In this document: one piece after another, positions 48,257 to 58,170 of the stretch | How the letters are laid out: each line of letters starts with the position of its first letter | Numbering within the stretch: position 1 is the first letter of the stretch | DNA from: a virus | Taxonomy: Duplodnaviria > Caudoviricetes | Virus record (IMG/VR): IMGVR_UViG_3300048837_000408 | Coordinates: 1 to 62,620 of that record | Direction: 5' to 3' (one strand) | DNA: 62,620 bases | The notes under the pieces: generated by a model | What the model was told of the DNA's origin: nothing | The model's input: only the letters and a program-made list of their open reading frames with translations | Database searches by the model: none | Position numbers and translations under genes: made by a program

Positions 48257-48495
48257 TGGATGAGTTGGAACAGTTACGTCAGGAGAACGCTGCCCTACGC
48301 GCTCAGTTGGATGCCGGTGGGAAGTGCGAGTGCGGGGAGAAGGATGTGTGCCGGATCGTGGCGCGGAGATTGGCTGTGGATGATCTGTTGGGTCGGGCGA
48401 TAAATTTATTGTCATCCTATAGTTTCCGTAGCGGTGTGGCAATCTCTGGAATGGACGAGTTGTTTGACGAGTATCGGTCGTTAGGAAAACATTAG
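48253..48495 (+). CDS. Hypothetical coiled-coil protein
   Basis: ELEQLRQENAALRAQL. Confidence 0.55.
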   Translation: MMDELEQLRQENAALRAQLDAGGKCECGEKDVCRIVARRLAVDDLLGRAINLLSSYSFRSGVAISGMDELFDEYRSLGKH

Positions 48496-48509
48496 GAGAA
48501 CTGGGAGAG

Positions 48510-49238
48510 ATGAAACCTTTGGCTTTGAGACTGAATAACGGTAAGACCGTGGATATGTACATGGAGCAGACGGACTACGATGATGGGCGCACCATTACTA
48601 CCTGCTTCCTGCACTTTTCACCGACTGAGTTTCACTTCACTGTAGGGGAACGCTGGTGCAGTGGACACGCAATCAAGCATCCTGGAGATGTAAGCGATCC
48701 TGTACGTGCTCGACAACTCGCCTTCCGCCGCGCATTGGAAAGTTTGGAGAGGATGGTTGGGGTGAAACTTTCCAAAGAGGCTTGGACGGAATTACGCCGC
48801 GCTCGGTATGATGCAGAAGCCGCCGCTGCGTTTCTAACCTGTGATGATGCGGTTGCTGTTAGTGATTTCTTACCGGATTATATTCACTATTGGTCATCGG
48901 GAGTGGGGGATGCAGCAGAAAGGGAGGCTACACAGAGGCGGTTGGAATTGGAAGCTAAGTATCCCTATAAAGCGAGTGAGTGTACTCCTAGGACTGAGGG
49001 TGGACCCACCTATCGGAATGTTTATGTTCTGTGCGATGATGGGGTGGAATCTATTGGATGGTGTGCGGATCTAATAGAATGGATTGTATACAACCCGGAT
49101 GGTAGATGTCCGGTAGGCCCTGCGGATGTAGGGGTATGTTTTAGGTATGGTGCGGATGTTATTCGGTGGGGAGAAATAGATGACTATTCCAAGCTGGCTG
49201 AAGAACTTTCCCAACGCAGTGGTGACGGAACTAACTGA
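48510..49238 (+). CDS. Two-domain hypothetical protein with DUF551-like C-terminus
   Basis: N-terminal G.A..HP.D..D...A..RAL motif; C-terminal ASE.TP...VIRW. Confidence 0.5.
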   Translation: MKPLALRLNNGKTVDMYMEQTDYDDGRTITTCFLHFSPTEFHFTVGERWCSGHAIKHPGDVSDPVRARQLAFRRALESLERMVGVKLSKEAWTELRRARYDAEAAAAFLTCDDAVAVSDFLPDYIHYWSSGVGDAAEREATQRRLELEAKYPYKASECTPRTEGGPTYRNVYVLCDDGVESIGWCADLIEWIVYNPDGRCPVGPADVGVCFRYGADVIRWGEIDDYSKLAEELSQRSGDGTN

Positions 49239-49291
49239 AGATCAGGCAAGGGCGCACATAAGTAAGTCTTATCTAGTAGTGGAGATACAGG

Positions 49292-49630
49292 ATGACAAAG
49301 AAGATATGGGAAATGGATTACGTGATAGAGAAGCTGACCGAGGAGGAGGCTGATGATCTGGTTTATACCCTGCGCCACCACCTCATCCCAGCACAAAATA
49401 GGAAGCCGATCTGGGCTGAGTACCGTGAAGAACGGGATGAGGATGGTCTGCTAGACTCCTACTGGCGCATCCGCTGTCTGGACGTACCTGAGTTCTATGC
49501 CATGTGCCGAGAGAACGAGATCGCTGACTTCTTTATTCAATTCGCAGAACGACACAATACATTCACAGGTGGGGGCATCCGCCCGAAAGAAATAGGGGAA
49601 GGGCAAAATGGGGACGAGGAGAGCGGATAA
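49292..49630 (+). CDS. Hypothetical protein, weak HicB-like segment
   Basis: EERDEDG..SYW.IRCLDVPE; overlaps the HicA-like gene. Confidence 0.4.
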   Translation: MTKKIWEMDYVIEKLTEEEADDLVYTLRHHLIPAQNRKPIWAEYREERDEDGLLDSYWRIRCLDVPEFYAMCRENEIADFFIQFAERHNTFTGGGIRPKEIGEGQNGDEESG

Positions 49631-49886
49631 CTTAGATACCTGCCAGACCAAGGCACAGTTCTTAGAGTTCGCCTTGGATCATGGTGGAACAGTGAAGAAC
49701 GGCGGTCGCCATCCCAAGGTTGTTGGACCCAACGGTGGGATCTGCGCCATCGCGGGACACAAGGATAATGAAGTTATTCCGATAGGTACGCGGAAATCCA
49801 TGGCCCGTCAACTGAAGGCGATCTTATTGGTAATGTCTTTACTGGCCTGTGGGGTGTCCTATCTGGTTATGCAATTCTTTTGTTAG
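49608..49886 (+). CDS. HicA-like protein with C-terminal hydrophobic helix
   Basis: GGRH, GH...IPIGTRKSMARQL pattern. Confidence 0.6.
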   Translation: MGTRRADNLDTCQTKAQFLEFALDHGGTVKNGGRHPKVVGPNGGICAIAGHKDNEVIPIGTRKSMARQLKAILLVMSLLACGVSYLVMQFFC

Positions 49887-49996
49887 GAGGAAGATGATGA
49901 GTAGAGCACGGAGATTCGGATTTCTGGCACTCAAGTTCGGGCTTGCGGTTGGTTGGGTTTGGGTGAGCGCGGCGTTATGCCTATTGGTGGGGTGCT

Positions 49997-50257
49997 ATGT
50001 CCTCTCCCATGCCTAAGCCAGAGGAAAAGTGGATGGTGATCGTGGACTATCTGGATCTATCTAAGACCGCCAGTAAACAGGATGTGAGGCAGTTGGCGAC
50101 CTTTTATGTAGTGGATCAGGTGGCGGGGCGTCAGCGTGCCAATAAAATTATCCGGGATGGGTTGTCTACTTTGGAGAGTAGCATGGAAGTAATCATACCG
50201 CCCCATCGGATCTTGAAGGTATCGGTGGGGGAGTTGAAACGTGGCAAGAAAGTCTAA
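49997..50257 (+). CDS. Hypothetical protein
   Basis: 86 aa; IIRDG...PPHRILKV. Confidence 0.55.
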   Translation: MSSPMPKPEEKWMVIVDYLDLSKTASKQDVRQLATFYVVDQVAGRQRANKIIRDGLSTLESSMEVIIPPHRILKVSVGELKRGKKV

Positions 50258-50606
50258 ATACATTACGATAGAGGGCGAGAAGTATTGCCCACAGTGTAGG
50301 AAGGTCAAACCTATTCAAGAGTTTGCGGGTGGGTATTGCCGGGACTGTTCGAGAGATTACCATCGCAAGTATCGGTTCCAAGTACGTTTGGCTCAGATCG
50401 AGGAATTGGTACGTCAAGCAATTGATACATACGGGATCTGCTCCTGTGGAGAATCCGATCCCGCTGTATTGTCGATAACACCTGCAACCCAAAGCCAATA
50501 TGGCGTCCTAGTAGAGTTGGTCGCGTCAAACTGGCCGAGTGGGTATAAGATGGTGTGTGCGAACTGTCTGATTAAAGAGAAAGCGAGGACTGTGCGGAAT
50601 AATTAG
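50241..50606 (+). CDS. Zinc-finger protein, degenerate HNH-like
   Basis: CPQC, CRDC, CSCGESD, CANC; the expected DH is absent. Confidence 0.5.
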   Translation: MARKSKYITIEGEKYCPQCRKVKPIQEFAGGYCRDCSRDYHRKYRFQVRLAQIEELVRQAIDTYGICSCGESDPAVLSITPATQSQYGVLVELVASNWPSGYKMVCANCLIKEKARTVRNN

Positions 50607-50673
50607 GCTCCGCCCCTATCCCCCAATCTACGTTTACTACAAGCGATCCCTCAGTCATCGAGTTACCGGGGGG

Positions 50674-50765
50674 TTGACTTTTAATCTAAAAAAAGTTATA
50701 CTGTAGTTAGGTTTTTCACTCTCCTTTCCTTGTGTCAGCCCCCCGTCCATGATCAGGCGGGGGGC
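50674..50765 (+). ncRNA. Candidate short RNA with anti-Shine-Dalgarno tract
   Basis: TTGACT-17-TATACT promoter, CTCTCCTTTCCTT, then GC-rich hairpin. Confidence 0.4.
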
Positions 50766-50783
50766 AAGGCGTTTAACTCTCCC

Positions 50784-50816
50784 CCTATTGCGTATAGTTG
50801 AAAACTTTGCTATAAT
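50784..50816 (+). promoter_or_regulatory. Promoter of the structural/packaging operon
   Basis: CCTA-TTGCGT, 17 nt, TG-C-TATAAT. Confidence 0.7.
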
Positions 50817-50862
50817 ATAGGTGATGGTAATATATCTGTTTGTTTCTCGTTAGGAGGAGATT

Positions 50863-51234
50863 ATGACGCTGCCCAAGCGGTTTTCTGGCGCTTTCACTTT
50901 TGCGATCAACTCTGCGCTTTCCAATCAGATTGATCTACAGGATAAAGCCTTACTACTGGTAAAAATTCCAGTTGCGGGGGATCTTGGTTCTGGGACTTTG
51001 ATTCGTCCTGAGATTTCTCACTCTACGGTTTCTTCTGACTTCGCCGCGATGGTGACTTCAACGGGTGGCACGCACCAGATTACTCCGTCCACTGGGTTGA
51101 GTCGTTGGAACCCGCTGGATTATCAGGGGTATCATATTGCTGGCCGCTATGCCCGTCTGCATTCTGTTCTTTCTTCCGGTGCGGATAAAACTTCAACAGG
51201 AGCGTACACCTTCCCCTGTCTTGGGGTGGCATAA
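50863..51234 (+). CDS. Probable small beta-sandwich virion protein
   Basis: AGGAGG RBS; first gene of the late operon. Confidence 0.5.
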   Translation: MTLPKRFSGAFTFAINSALSNQIDLQDKALLLVKIPVAGDLGSGTLIRPEISHSTVSSDFAAMVTSTGGTHQITPSTGLSRWNPLDYQGYHIAGRYARLHSVLSSGADKTSTGAYTFPCLGVA

Positions 51235-53408
51235 TGGGGCGCGGAATCTGGGGGAGGATGATCGGTGATCGGCGTTGGGGTCGATCCTTTGTGGGTACAA
51301 CCGCGAATTTGCGTTATCGGGCGATCCTCGATAACCGTGATATTGTCCTGACCCGCTGGCGCAGGAGTGATGTAAACCCGATTTCTGCTGCGGGTCAGAC
51401 ATTTGGTAATGTGGTTTATGATCAGGTTGCTGACGTTTGGCGACAGTTTAGTCACGGTCAGGTCGATAATAAAATCTACCAGATTACAAGCACAAATAGC
51501 CGTATATACGGTGAGCCTATCCTGGCGCTGGATCTAGGCGCTGGCGGCTCCTGGGACGACGCATCGATTGGCGTGCCATTTGTATGGTGCGAGACAGGCG
51601 AGACACGACCCTGGCGCATGATTTACCGGGGCGCATCAGCGGCAGATACCGACCTACAATTGGGGCTGGCTACATCATTAGATGGTGTGACCTGGGAGCG
51701 CAAGGACACAGCGGGAAATGTTTTATCCGCGCCGGTTTTGTCAAAGGCGATCAGCGGTTTTGGTGCAGTCGCGATTGATTTTGGCGGTATTCTGAAGGAT
51801 GGATCAACCTATTATCTGTACTACAACAACATCAGCACATCTGTCAGAAAAATCCGGTTGGCGACATCAACCGATCTCGTCACCTGGACGCCACACGCGG
51901 AAAATCCGCTCTACATCGGCACAGTTGGCGAGGACGTTGATGGTGCAACGGCGGACGACAATCAGGGTCGTTTTTGCGCCGATATTGTGAGATGGGATAA
52001 ACCGGATGGGACGGTGCGCTATGTCATGTTTGTGCCGCACTACATCGGGGAGCACACTACACCAGAGCAGGAGGTTTATACCTGCCCCTCCCCAATTTTT
52101 TTACGTGCAAACCGCTCTTTTGTCGGTACGATGTTCCGCACAGCCACCACTCCTGCCAGCCAGCAAAACGGGAAATATATCAACAGCAGCGGAACCGATA
52201 CGCCGCGTTTGGTTACGAATGACATTAACCGCAACGTTGTTACTAGCAGTCTGACAGGCCATGAGGTTCAGGCGGTCGTTGCTATGTATGTCGATCTGTT
52301 TGGTTGGACACATGAACTACTGATCCACGACCGGACGCTGGCTGGAAAACTCGAACCGGACGGAACCCTGGCAGGCTGTAAACTGATTAACGTCAGCGCC
52401 GATCTGCCTGTATCTGCGCCGGTTTTTCGGCTCGCGCCAAAAGGATCAGATGCGAACGTGCTCGGTTTATGGCTTCCCGGTCAAACCGGAACCATGCTGG
52501 ATTTTAGCGGGAACGGGATACACATGGGCGCGGCAAACGGGATTGTGATTGACGCTCGCGGTCTAAAGAAAGTATCTACCGTGTCCAATTCGGTTGCGCG
52601 AGTGCCGAGCGTTGGAAACCTTACCGACCCGGTTGTTTCGGTGTTGGAGGCAAATCGTACCGATTTCTCAATAGAGTTTACTGTTGAGTTCGCAGACCAT
52701 TGGGACAGCGGCATTCGATATATCTACTATCACGGCGCGTCAACAACCGTTCGGCATATCAACGCGTATATTACAGGCGGAGAAGAAAACTACACATTGT
52801 CAATCGGCCTGAGAAGCGGTAGCCTCTCAAAAACTTTCAGCCCAACGTTTCCGGTTGCTAGTGTTGAACTCAATACACCGATCCGGTTTGCAATATGCAA
52901 CAATCGGGTTGCGAATGACAATGTTTATATATTTCGGGATGGAGACCTGTTGTTATCTGGCGCGTTCAACTGGACAATAGACGATTTCAGCGCAACAGAC
53001 CCGCCGCTTCCGGTAGCAATTGGATCGATTGCATCAGGCGGATCTGCCTGGGGCGGTTATATCGATGAGTTGCGAGTGTCCAACGTTTGCCGCCACACCG
53101 AAAACTACACCCCGGCTAATTTCGTCATCAACTACCAGTCCAGCGGTCAGATTTTCATGCCGGTCTACGATGCTGGCGCAGATAAATTAGGCAGGTTGGA
53201 TCTGCAAAACGCTGTTCTTCCGGCTGGCACTTCGATTACGGTGACGGCCCGCAACGCTGAAAGCCTGGATGATCAGAGCGTTGATGCTGGCGCGTTCACT
53301 TTAGACGTTCCGACCGGACGTTATCACCAATATCTGATCACGTTTGCAACCACCGATCCAACCGTGACGCCGAGTATTACCGGCGCTGTACCGATGGTAT
53401 TTGGATAG
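51234..53408 (+). CDS. Glycosidase-like beta-propeller plus LamG/concanavalin domain protein
   Basis: SWDD, LATSLDGVTWER, YYLYY, LATSTDLVTW..H.ENP; then WGGYIDELRVSN.CR LamG signature. Confidence 0.75.
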   Translation: MGRGIWGRMIGDRRWGRSFVGTTANLRYRAILDNRDIVLTRWRRSDVNPISAAGQTFGNVVYDQVADVWRQFSHGQVDNKIYQITSTNSRIYGEPILALDLGAGGSWDDASIGVPFVWCETGETRPWRMIYRGASAADTDLQLGLATSLDGVTWERKDTAGNVLSAPVLSKAISGFGAVAIDFGGILKDGSTYYLYYNNISTSVRKIRLATSTDLVTWTPHAENPLYIGTVGEDVDGATADDNQGRFCADIVRWDKPDGTVRYVMFVPHYIGEHTTPEQEVYTCPSPIFLRANRSFVGTMFRTATTPASQQNGKYINSSGTDTPRLVTNDINRNVVTSSLTGHEVQAVVAMYVDLFGWTHELLIHDRTLAGKLEPDGTLAGCKLINVSADLPVSAPVFRLAPKGSDANVLGLWLPGQTGTMLDFSGNGIHMGAANGIVIDARGLKKVSTVSNSVARVPSVGNLTDPVVSVLEANRTDFSIEFTVEFADHWDSGIRYIYYHGASTTVRHINAYITGGEENYTLSIGLRSGSLSKTFSPTFPVASVELNTPIRFAICNNRVANDNVYIFRDGDLLLSGAFNWTIDDFSATDPPLPVAIGSIASGGSAWGGYIDELRVSNVCRHTENYTPANFVINYQSSGQIFMPVYDAGADKLGRLDLQNAVLPAGTSITVTARNAESLDDQSVDAGAFTLDVPTGRYHQYLITFATTDPTVTPSITGAVPMVFG

Positions 53409-53451
53409 TCCGCTAATCGGAATTTTCGAAACTATTTAGGAGAAAAGAGAA

Positions 53452-54237
53452 ATGCAGAAATTACCATTGATTTTGAATAGATTGGCGCAGTTGTGGGCGG
53501 GATTGACGGAGCCGTTCAATAACGATCCCGCCGTGTCGCTCCAGAAGATTCTGGATAACTATTATGGGACGACTGCCCATCCGGGTCTATTGAAGTTGGC
53601 GACTAACGCAGAGGGGGAGGCGATGGCTTCTTCCACGTTAGCCTCTACCCCAGCAAGTGTGGCAGCGGAGATCCCGAAGGTAGCCTTACAAGGCGCTGTA
53701 GATACTGGGGATGTGACTGCGATGTTCGCGCAGCACTATCAGATTATCCCCGCAATTGGTACAGCTACGGCGGTTCATGCTGCGGTTACATTAACAGCCG
53801 GATCACAGAATATTTCAACGGCAATTACCGCCTCTGATTATCCACGTACAACGACAATTAAAGGTAATGCGGAAGGCATTGCTGGAGATGTAATGGTCTA
53901 TGGGACGAATATAGACGATGAGGAAATTTCTGAAACGATTGCCTTGGATGGAACAACTGAAGTGGAGGGGGCCGTGGCGTTCAAGACACGTGGGTTGATT
54001 ATATTCCCGCAGAAGACAAATGCCAGCGGTGATACTGTCAGCATTGGCGTGGGGAATAAGGTTGGTCTTCCACATATTGCGTACAACGCCTCCTGCCTAT
54101 TGCTGGCATTATTTGATGGAAGTGCTGATTCGGGCGGTTCATTGGCGGTGGATGCAGATGAGATCGAAAAGAATCTATACACTCCCGCTGGAACCTTTGA
54201 CGGTGAGAAAGTGCTGGATCTAATTTATCTGGTGTAG
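53452..54237 (+). CDS. Probable virion structural protein
   Basis: GLLKLAT fibre-like repeat; Ala/Thr/Gly-rich; VYGT....ISETI...G..AFKT. Confidence 0.55.
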   Translation: MQKLPLILNRLAQLWAGLTEPFNNDPAVSLQKILDNYYGTTAHPGLLKLATNAEGEAMASSTLASTPASVAAEIPKVALQGAVDTGDVTAMFAQHYQIIPAIGTATAVHAAVTLTAGSQNISTAITASDYPRTTTIKGNAEGIAGDVMVYGTNIDDEEISETIALDGTTEVEGAVAFKTRGLIIFPQKTNASGDTVSIGVGNKVGLPHIAYNASCLLLALFDGSADSGGSLAVDADEIEKNLYTPAGTFDGEKVLDLIYLV

Positions 54238-54247
54238 GAGAACCAAC

Positions 54248-54547
54248 ATGGACCTAGAGGTCAAGAAAGAACGTGGCAAATTCTACGTGGTGGATCGGGA
54301 TGGTGGTCAGAAACTCAACAAGGGCAAACCATTCTCAACTCGCGCCCAAGCAGTGAAATATATGGAGAGTAAGATGGGTGCGGAGAAGTTGAGTGAGGGT
54401 GGGGAGATGTTGATGCCCAAGGGGGGTATGCCGGATATGTCTGCCTTGATGGGCGGGGGGATGCCTCCTATGCCTGGAATGATGGGACAGGCTCCCATGC
54501 CGGGGAAGATGGATCAGGTACGGATGAACCCGAGGGGCGCATATTGA
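54248..54547 (+). CDS. Small protein with Gly/Met/Pro-rich tail
   Basis: AGGAG RBS; lies immediately before terL. Confidence 0.55.
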   Translation: MDLEVKKERGKFYVVDRDGGQKLNKGKPFSTRAQAVKYMESKMGAEKLSEGGEMLMPKGGMPDMSALMGGGMPPMPGMMGQAPMPGKMDQVRMNPRGAY

Positions 54548-56109
54548 AATCATTCCTGCAATGGTTGGATGAGGATGGGTTTTACGTCAAGCAGGTCTGG
54601 GATATGGAGAAGAATGAATGGTCTGATGGTCCCGGTCTGTTGAAGCTATTCCCATTCCAGCGGAGAATTTTGGGTCACTGCCTGACCCCGGACGAGAATG
54701 GGAAATTACCTTATTCAACCATTGTCTATAGCACGTTGAAAAAAAGCGGCAAAACCATAATTTTGGCAGCGATCCTGGCCTGGGCGGGTGAGTGTGCCCC
54801 GGACAATTCTGAGCTTTTTAGCTGTGCGAATGATATGGAACAAGCTGCCTCCAGAGCTTATGCTGATGTTCAGTTCCATGTAGAAAAGAAACTGGGATTG
54901 ACTACAACGGCTAAGAAGGTTCGGTATGAGAATGGATCGACAACGGTAGTATTGGCAAACCAGTATTCGAGTGCGGCGGGATCACGACAATTCTTATCTA
55001 CCTTCGATGAACTGTGGGGTTACTCGTCTGAAGGCAGTCGGCGTATGTGGGCGGAATTGACGCCACCTGCCACGGTCAAGAATGCAATGCGTGTAGTGGC
55101 GACCTACGCCGGGTTTGAAACGGAAAGTATCCAATTGAAGGACTTGTATGATCTATGTTTCAAGAAAGAGGGTGGTAAGTATATCAATGGAGAAGTCGTC
55201 CCGGAGTTAGAAGATATTGTTGATATGCGGGGTGATCCAGTTTGTCGCAGAAGTGGTCGTGTGTTTATCTATTGGGATACAGAACCTCGGATGCCATGGC
55301 AGACACCTGAGTTCTATGAGCAGGAAATGTTGACCTTGCGCCCAATGGATTTCTTACGGATGCACCGCAACCGCTGGGCAAGTTCGAATGAATCCTTCAT
55401 TCCTGTGGAGATGTGGGATCGGGCGGCTAGTAGGTTGCAGGGACCATTGACCCTGTTCCGAGATGACCCTTTACGTTCCATGCCAATTTCGATTGGGGTA
55501 GACATTGGGACAAAGTATGATACGAGTGCGATGGTTGGGACCTATTACAACTCTCAGACTCGTAAGGTGGGGGTAGCCTTTCACCGGATCTGGACGCCAC
55601 TACAGGATGGGCAGATATTAGACCTTGAGCTAACGGTTGAACGCGAGTTATTGAAACTGTGGAAGGAATTCAAAATTGTTGGTATTCTGTACGATCCAAC
55701 CCAGTTCCAACGGTCAGCGGTTGCTCTCAAGAAAATGGGGATGCCGCTCATTGAAGTCCCGCAGCAGGGGTCGATTATGATTGAGATGACTCAAAATCTA
55801 TATGATCTGATGCGGTCGAATAATCTTGAAGCCTATCCATCTCCTGAGTTGCGAGATCACATTCAGTACGCTACGGCAGAGCATACATCGCGTGGTTATC
55901 GCTTGAAGAAGAATGAGAACGCCAAGTATCCGATTGATGCGGCTCAGGCATTGGCGATGGCGGCGTATGATTCAGTCAACAGGGGAGGGGTGGATACTTC
56001 GATCCCCATCTTTATTCAAAGTCCATTCTCAGATGATAATGGTTCGACTCGTATTCCAACCATTTGGGATGAGATCAATGCGAAATTACCGGAGGCGTTG
56101 AGATCCTGA
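54544..56109 (+). CDS. terL: Terminase large subunit
   Basis: LFPFQ, KKSGKT Walker A, FDELW Walker B, IGVDIG, YDP.Q, IDAAQALAMA. Confidence 0.92.
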   Translation: MKSFLQWLDEDGFYVKQVWDMEKNEWSDGPGLLKLFPFQRRILGHCLTPDENGKLPYSTIVYSTLKKSGKTIILAAILAWAGECAPDNSELFSCANDMEQAASRAYADVQFHVEKKLGLTTTAKKVRYENGSTTVVLANQYSSAAGSRQFLSTFDELWGYSSEGSRRMWAELTPPATVKNAMRVVATYAGFETESIQLKDLYDLCFKKEGGKYINGEVVPELEDIVDMRGDPVCRRSGRVFIYWDTEPRMPWQTPEFYEQEMLTLRPMDFLRMHRNRWASSNESFIPVEMWDRAASRLQGPLTLFRDDPLRSMPISIGVDIGTKYDTSAMVGTYYNSQTRKVGVAFHRIWTPLQDGQILDLELTVERELLKLWKEFKIVGILYDPTQFQRSAVALKKMGMPLIEVPQQGSIMIEMTQNLYDLMRSNNLEAYPSPELRDHIQYATAEHTSRGYRLKKNENAKYPIDAAQALAMAAYDSVNRGGVDTSIPIFIQSPFSDDNGSTRIPTIWDEINAKLPEALRS

Positions 56110-57965
56110 TGATGCAAGAACCCTCAGCACAGAATTCTATTGAAACCGTTAGTGAAGTAACACTTTACTACAGCCGCGCTAAGAAGTTCTGCGATGGCTG
56201 GCATAAGTTGATCGAACACCGGCGCGACCTGTACAACATGAACCACTACGCCAAACGTGCCCGCCAGGGGGAGGAACGTTACGAAGACCCTACCTATACG
56301 AACACGGTGGATCTGGCGATTGGCATCCTGGGGGAACCCGAGTTCAAAGTACATGGTTGGTCGCCCAGTATGCAGGAACAGCGTGACTCCGATCAGGTAG
56401 AGAAGTTTCTCAACGGTCTGGTGCAGATCAACTCGGATCGGGAGGAATACCTGATCCCCTATGAAGTAAAGATGAATTTCACTCGGGACGGATGTGCTGT
56501 GCTGTATGGGGTATGGGACCCGGTATTGGCGGATATGAGTGAGATCACGGCGACCGTGGCTGTTCCGAGTGGGGAGGATGGTCAGGAGCTAGTACCTCAG
56601 AATTTTGATGGTTTTGCAGAGCCTCCCATGCGGGTGCAGGTGATCGACCCGCTGAAGATTTTCCTAATCCCTGGTGGTCCGAACCGTTGGCTCCATGTTT
56701 TCCGGGTGGATGCCCGCACGGTGCTGGATGTGGAATTGGAATATAACATCCCCATCAAACGGTATATCAACATGGATCGTTCCCAGAAAGAGGGAGCAAC
56801 GGATGACTTTATTGATTACTGGCGACTGGCTGAGAAGATTATTGACGGGAAGACCAAGCGGATTGTAGAACATGCTGTCGTGTTTGGGGGAACCGCCATC
56901 TTTGAACTGCATGAGATGGAGGGTTATGAAGACTTACCGTACACTATCCAGTTCTTCAAGCCGGTGGATCGAGGGGATGCGAAAGGTTGGGGGCACTCGA
57001 TTGTAGATCCGTTAGAGGGAACTATCTCATTGATCGAAAAGGATACCAACCGCCGTCACCACTTGATTACCAAGTACGCAGGTCTTCCTCTGGTGGCAAA
57101 GACCATGGATGGGCGGGTGATCTCGATGGACCCAGCTTTGGGTTCACTTCAGCAGATGCGCCCAGATGAGAGTTTGGAGTTCCCCCGGTGGGAAGGAACG
57201 CCTCCTGATATTGAGAACGAGTTGGCCTTCCTGCGGGCGAGAGCACAGCAGTCTGGTTTCTCGGATGTACTCTTTGGGGCTGGTCCATCCCAAGTTAGCG
57301 GGTATGCCCTCAGTCAGATGGGGGATCAGAACCGTATCCGTTTGGAGCAGCCTATCAAGCATTTGCAGATGTTGTGGGCGACCTGGGCAAAGAAAGCCCT
57401 GCGTTTATGTGCCAACTTTGGGGCGGGCCGGGTGATCCGGGTGTATGGTCAGCAGCGCGGAGCGGAGTTCTATGAGCAGGTTTTCAGTGAGGGATTGGCG
57501 GATTACAACGTCTTATGTGTGATCAAACCTGAGTTCCCCAACGAAGCCCAACGCAAACATGCGATGGCGACACAGGTGATGGGCATCCTCTCGGAACACA
57601 CCATTATGCAAGAGTATCTGGACATCGACCAGCCAGGAGAGGAACGCAAGAAACGGTTGCTGGAGATGGCGCAGAATAATCCTGTCGCCCAGCAGTATGC
57701 CATGATCGCTCTCCTACGGGCGCAGGCTGAAAATGGGGATGAGGCGGCGGCTCTCACATTACAATTGTTAGTTCAAGGTGGTCCTCCTGGTCAGCCCGGA
57801 CCTACCGGACAACCCAGACGACCAGAGCAGTTGACCGGACTGGCTTCACCCACGGGGCAGTTACCTCCGCAAGCCTTGGGGGGAATGGCTCCTGGTCAGA
57901 GTGAGGCGGATCAGATGCGACAGATGGCGACTGCGGAGCCGCAGTTGTTAGGAGGGGTAGCATGA
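56109..57965 (+). CDS. Portal protein
   Basis: 618 aa after terL; IDP, WGHS, SGYALSQ motifs and Pro/Gln-rich tail. Confidence 0.85.
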   Translation: MMQEPSAQNSIETVSEVTLYYSRAKKFCDGWHKLIEHRRDLYNMNHYAKRARQGEERYEDPTYTNTVDLAIGILGEPEFKVHGWSPSMQEQRDSDQVEKFLNGLVQINSDREEYLIPYEVKMNFTRDGCAVLYGVWDPVLADMSEITATVAVPSGEDGQELVPQNFDGFAEPPMRVQVIDPLKIFLIPGGPNRWLHVFRVDARTVLDVELEYNIPIKRYINMDRSQKEGATDDFIDYWRLAEKIIDGKTKRIVEHAVVFGGTAIFELHEMEGYEDLPYTIQFFKPVDRGDAKGWGHSIVDPLEGTISLIEKDTNRRHHLITKYAGLPLVAKTMDGRVISMDPALGSLQQMRPDESLEFPRWEGTPPDIENELAFLRARAQQSGFSDVLFGAGPSQVSGYALSQMGDQNRIRLEQPIKHLQMLWATWAKKALRLCANFGAGRVIRVYGQQRGAEFYEQVFSEGLADYNVLCVIKPEFPNEAQRKHAMATQVMGILSEHTIMQEYLDIDQPGEERKKRLLEMAQNNPVAQQYAMIALLRAQAENGDEAAALTLQLLVQGGPPGQPGPTGQPRRPEQLTGLASPTGQLPPQALGGMAPGQSEADQMRQMATAEPQLLGGVA

Positions 57966-58168
57966 ATGTATTCGATCCGGTAATACAGGCATATGGAGAT
58001 GGTTTGCGAGATTTGCAAGATACATTCAAAATTGAGCGAGATCGCAATATTCAAGTGTATAATAAGCTCAAGCCTCAAGACTTTCAGGCGATCTCGGATA
58101 AGTACGGACCTGAAGCGGTGACGGATTACATACAGCGCATGGAGTCGCGCCGAATGAAGCGGAGGTAG
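57962..58168 (+). CDS. Small hypothetical virion-module protein
   Basis: ATGA-coupled with GGAGG RBS. Confidence 0.6.
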   Translation: MNVFDPVIQAYGDGLRDLQDTFKIERDRNIQVYNKLKPQDFQAISDKYGPEAVTDYIQRMESRRMKRR

Positions 58169-58170
58169 GC

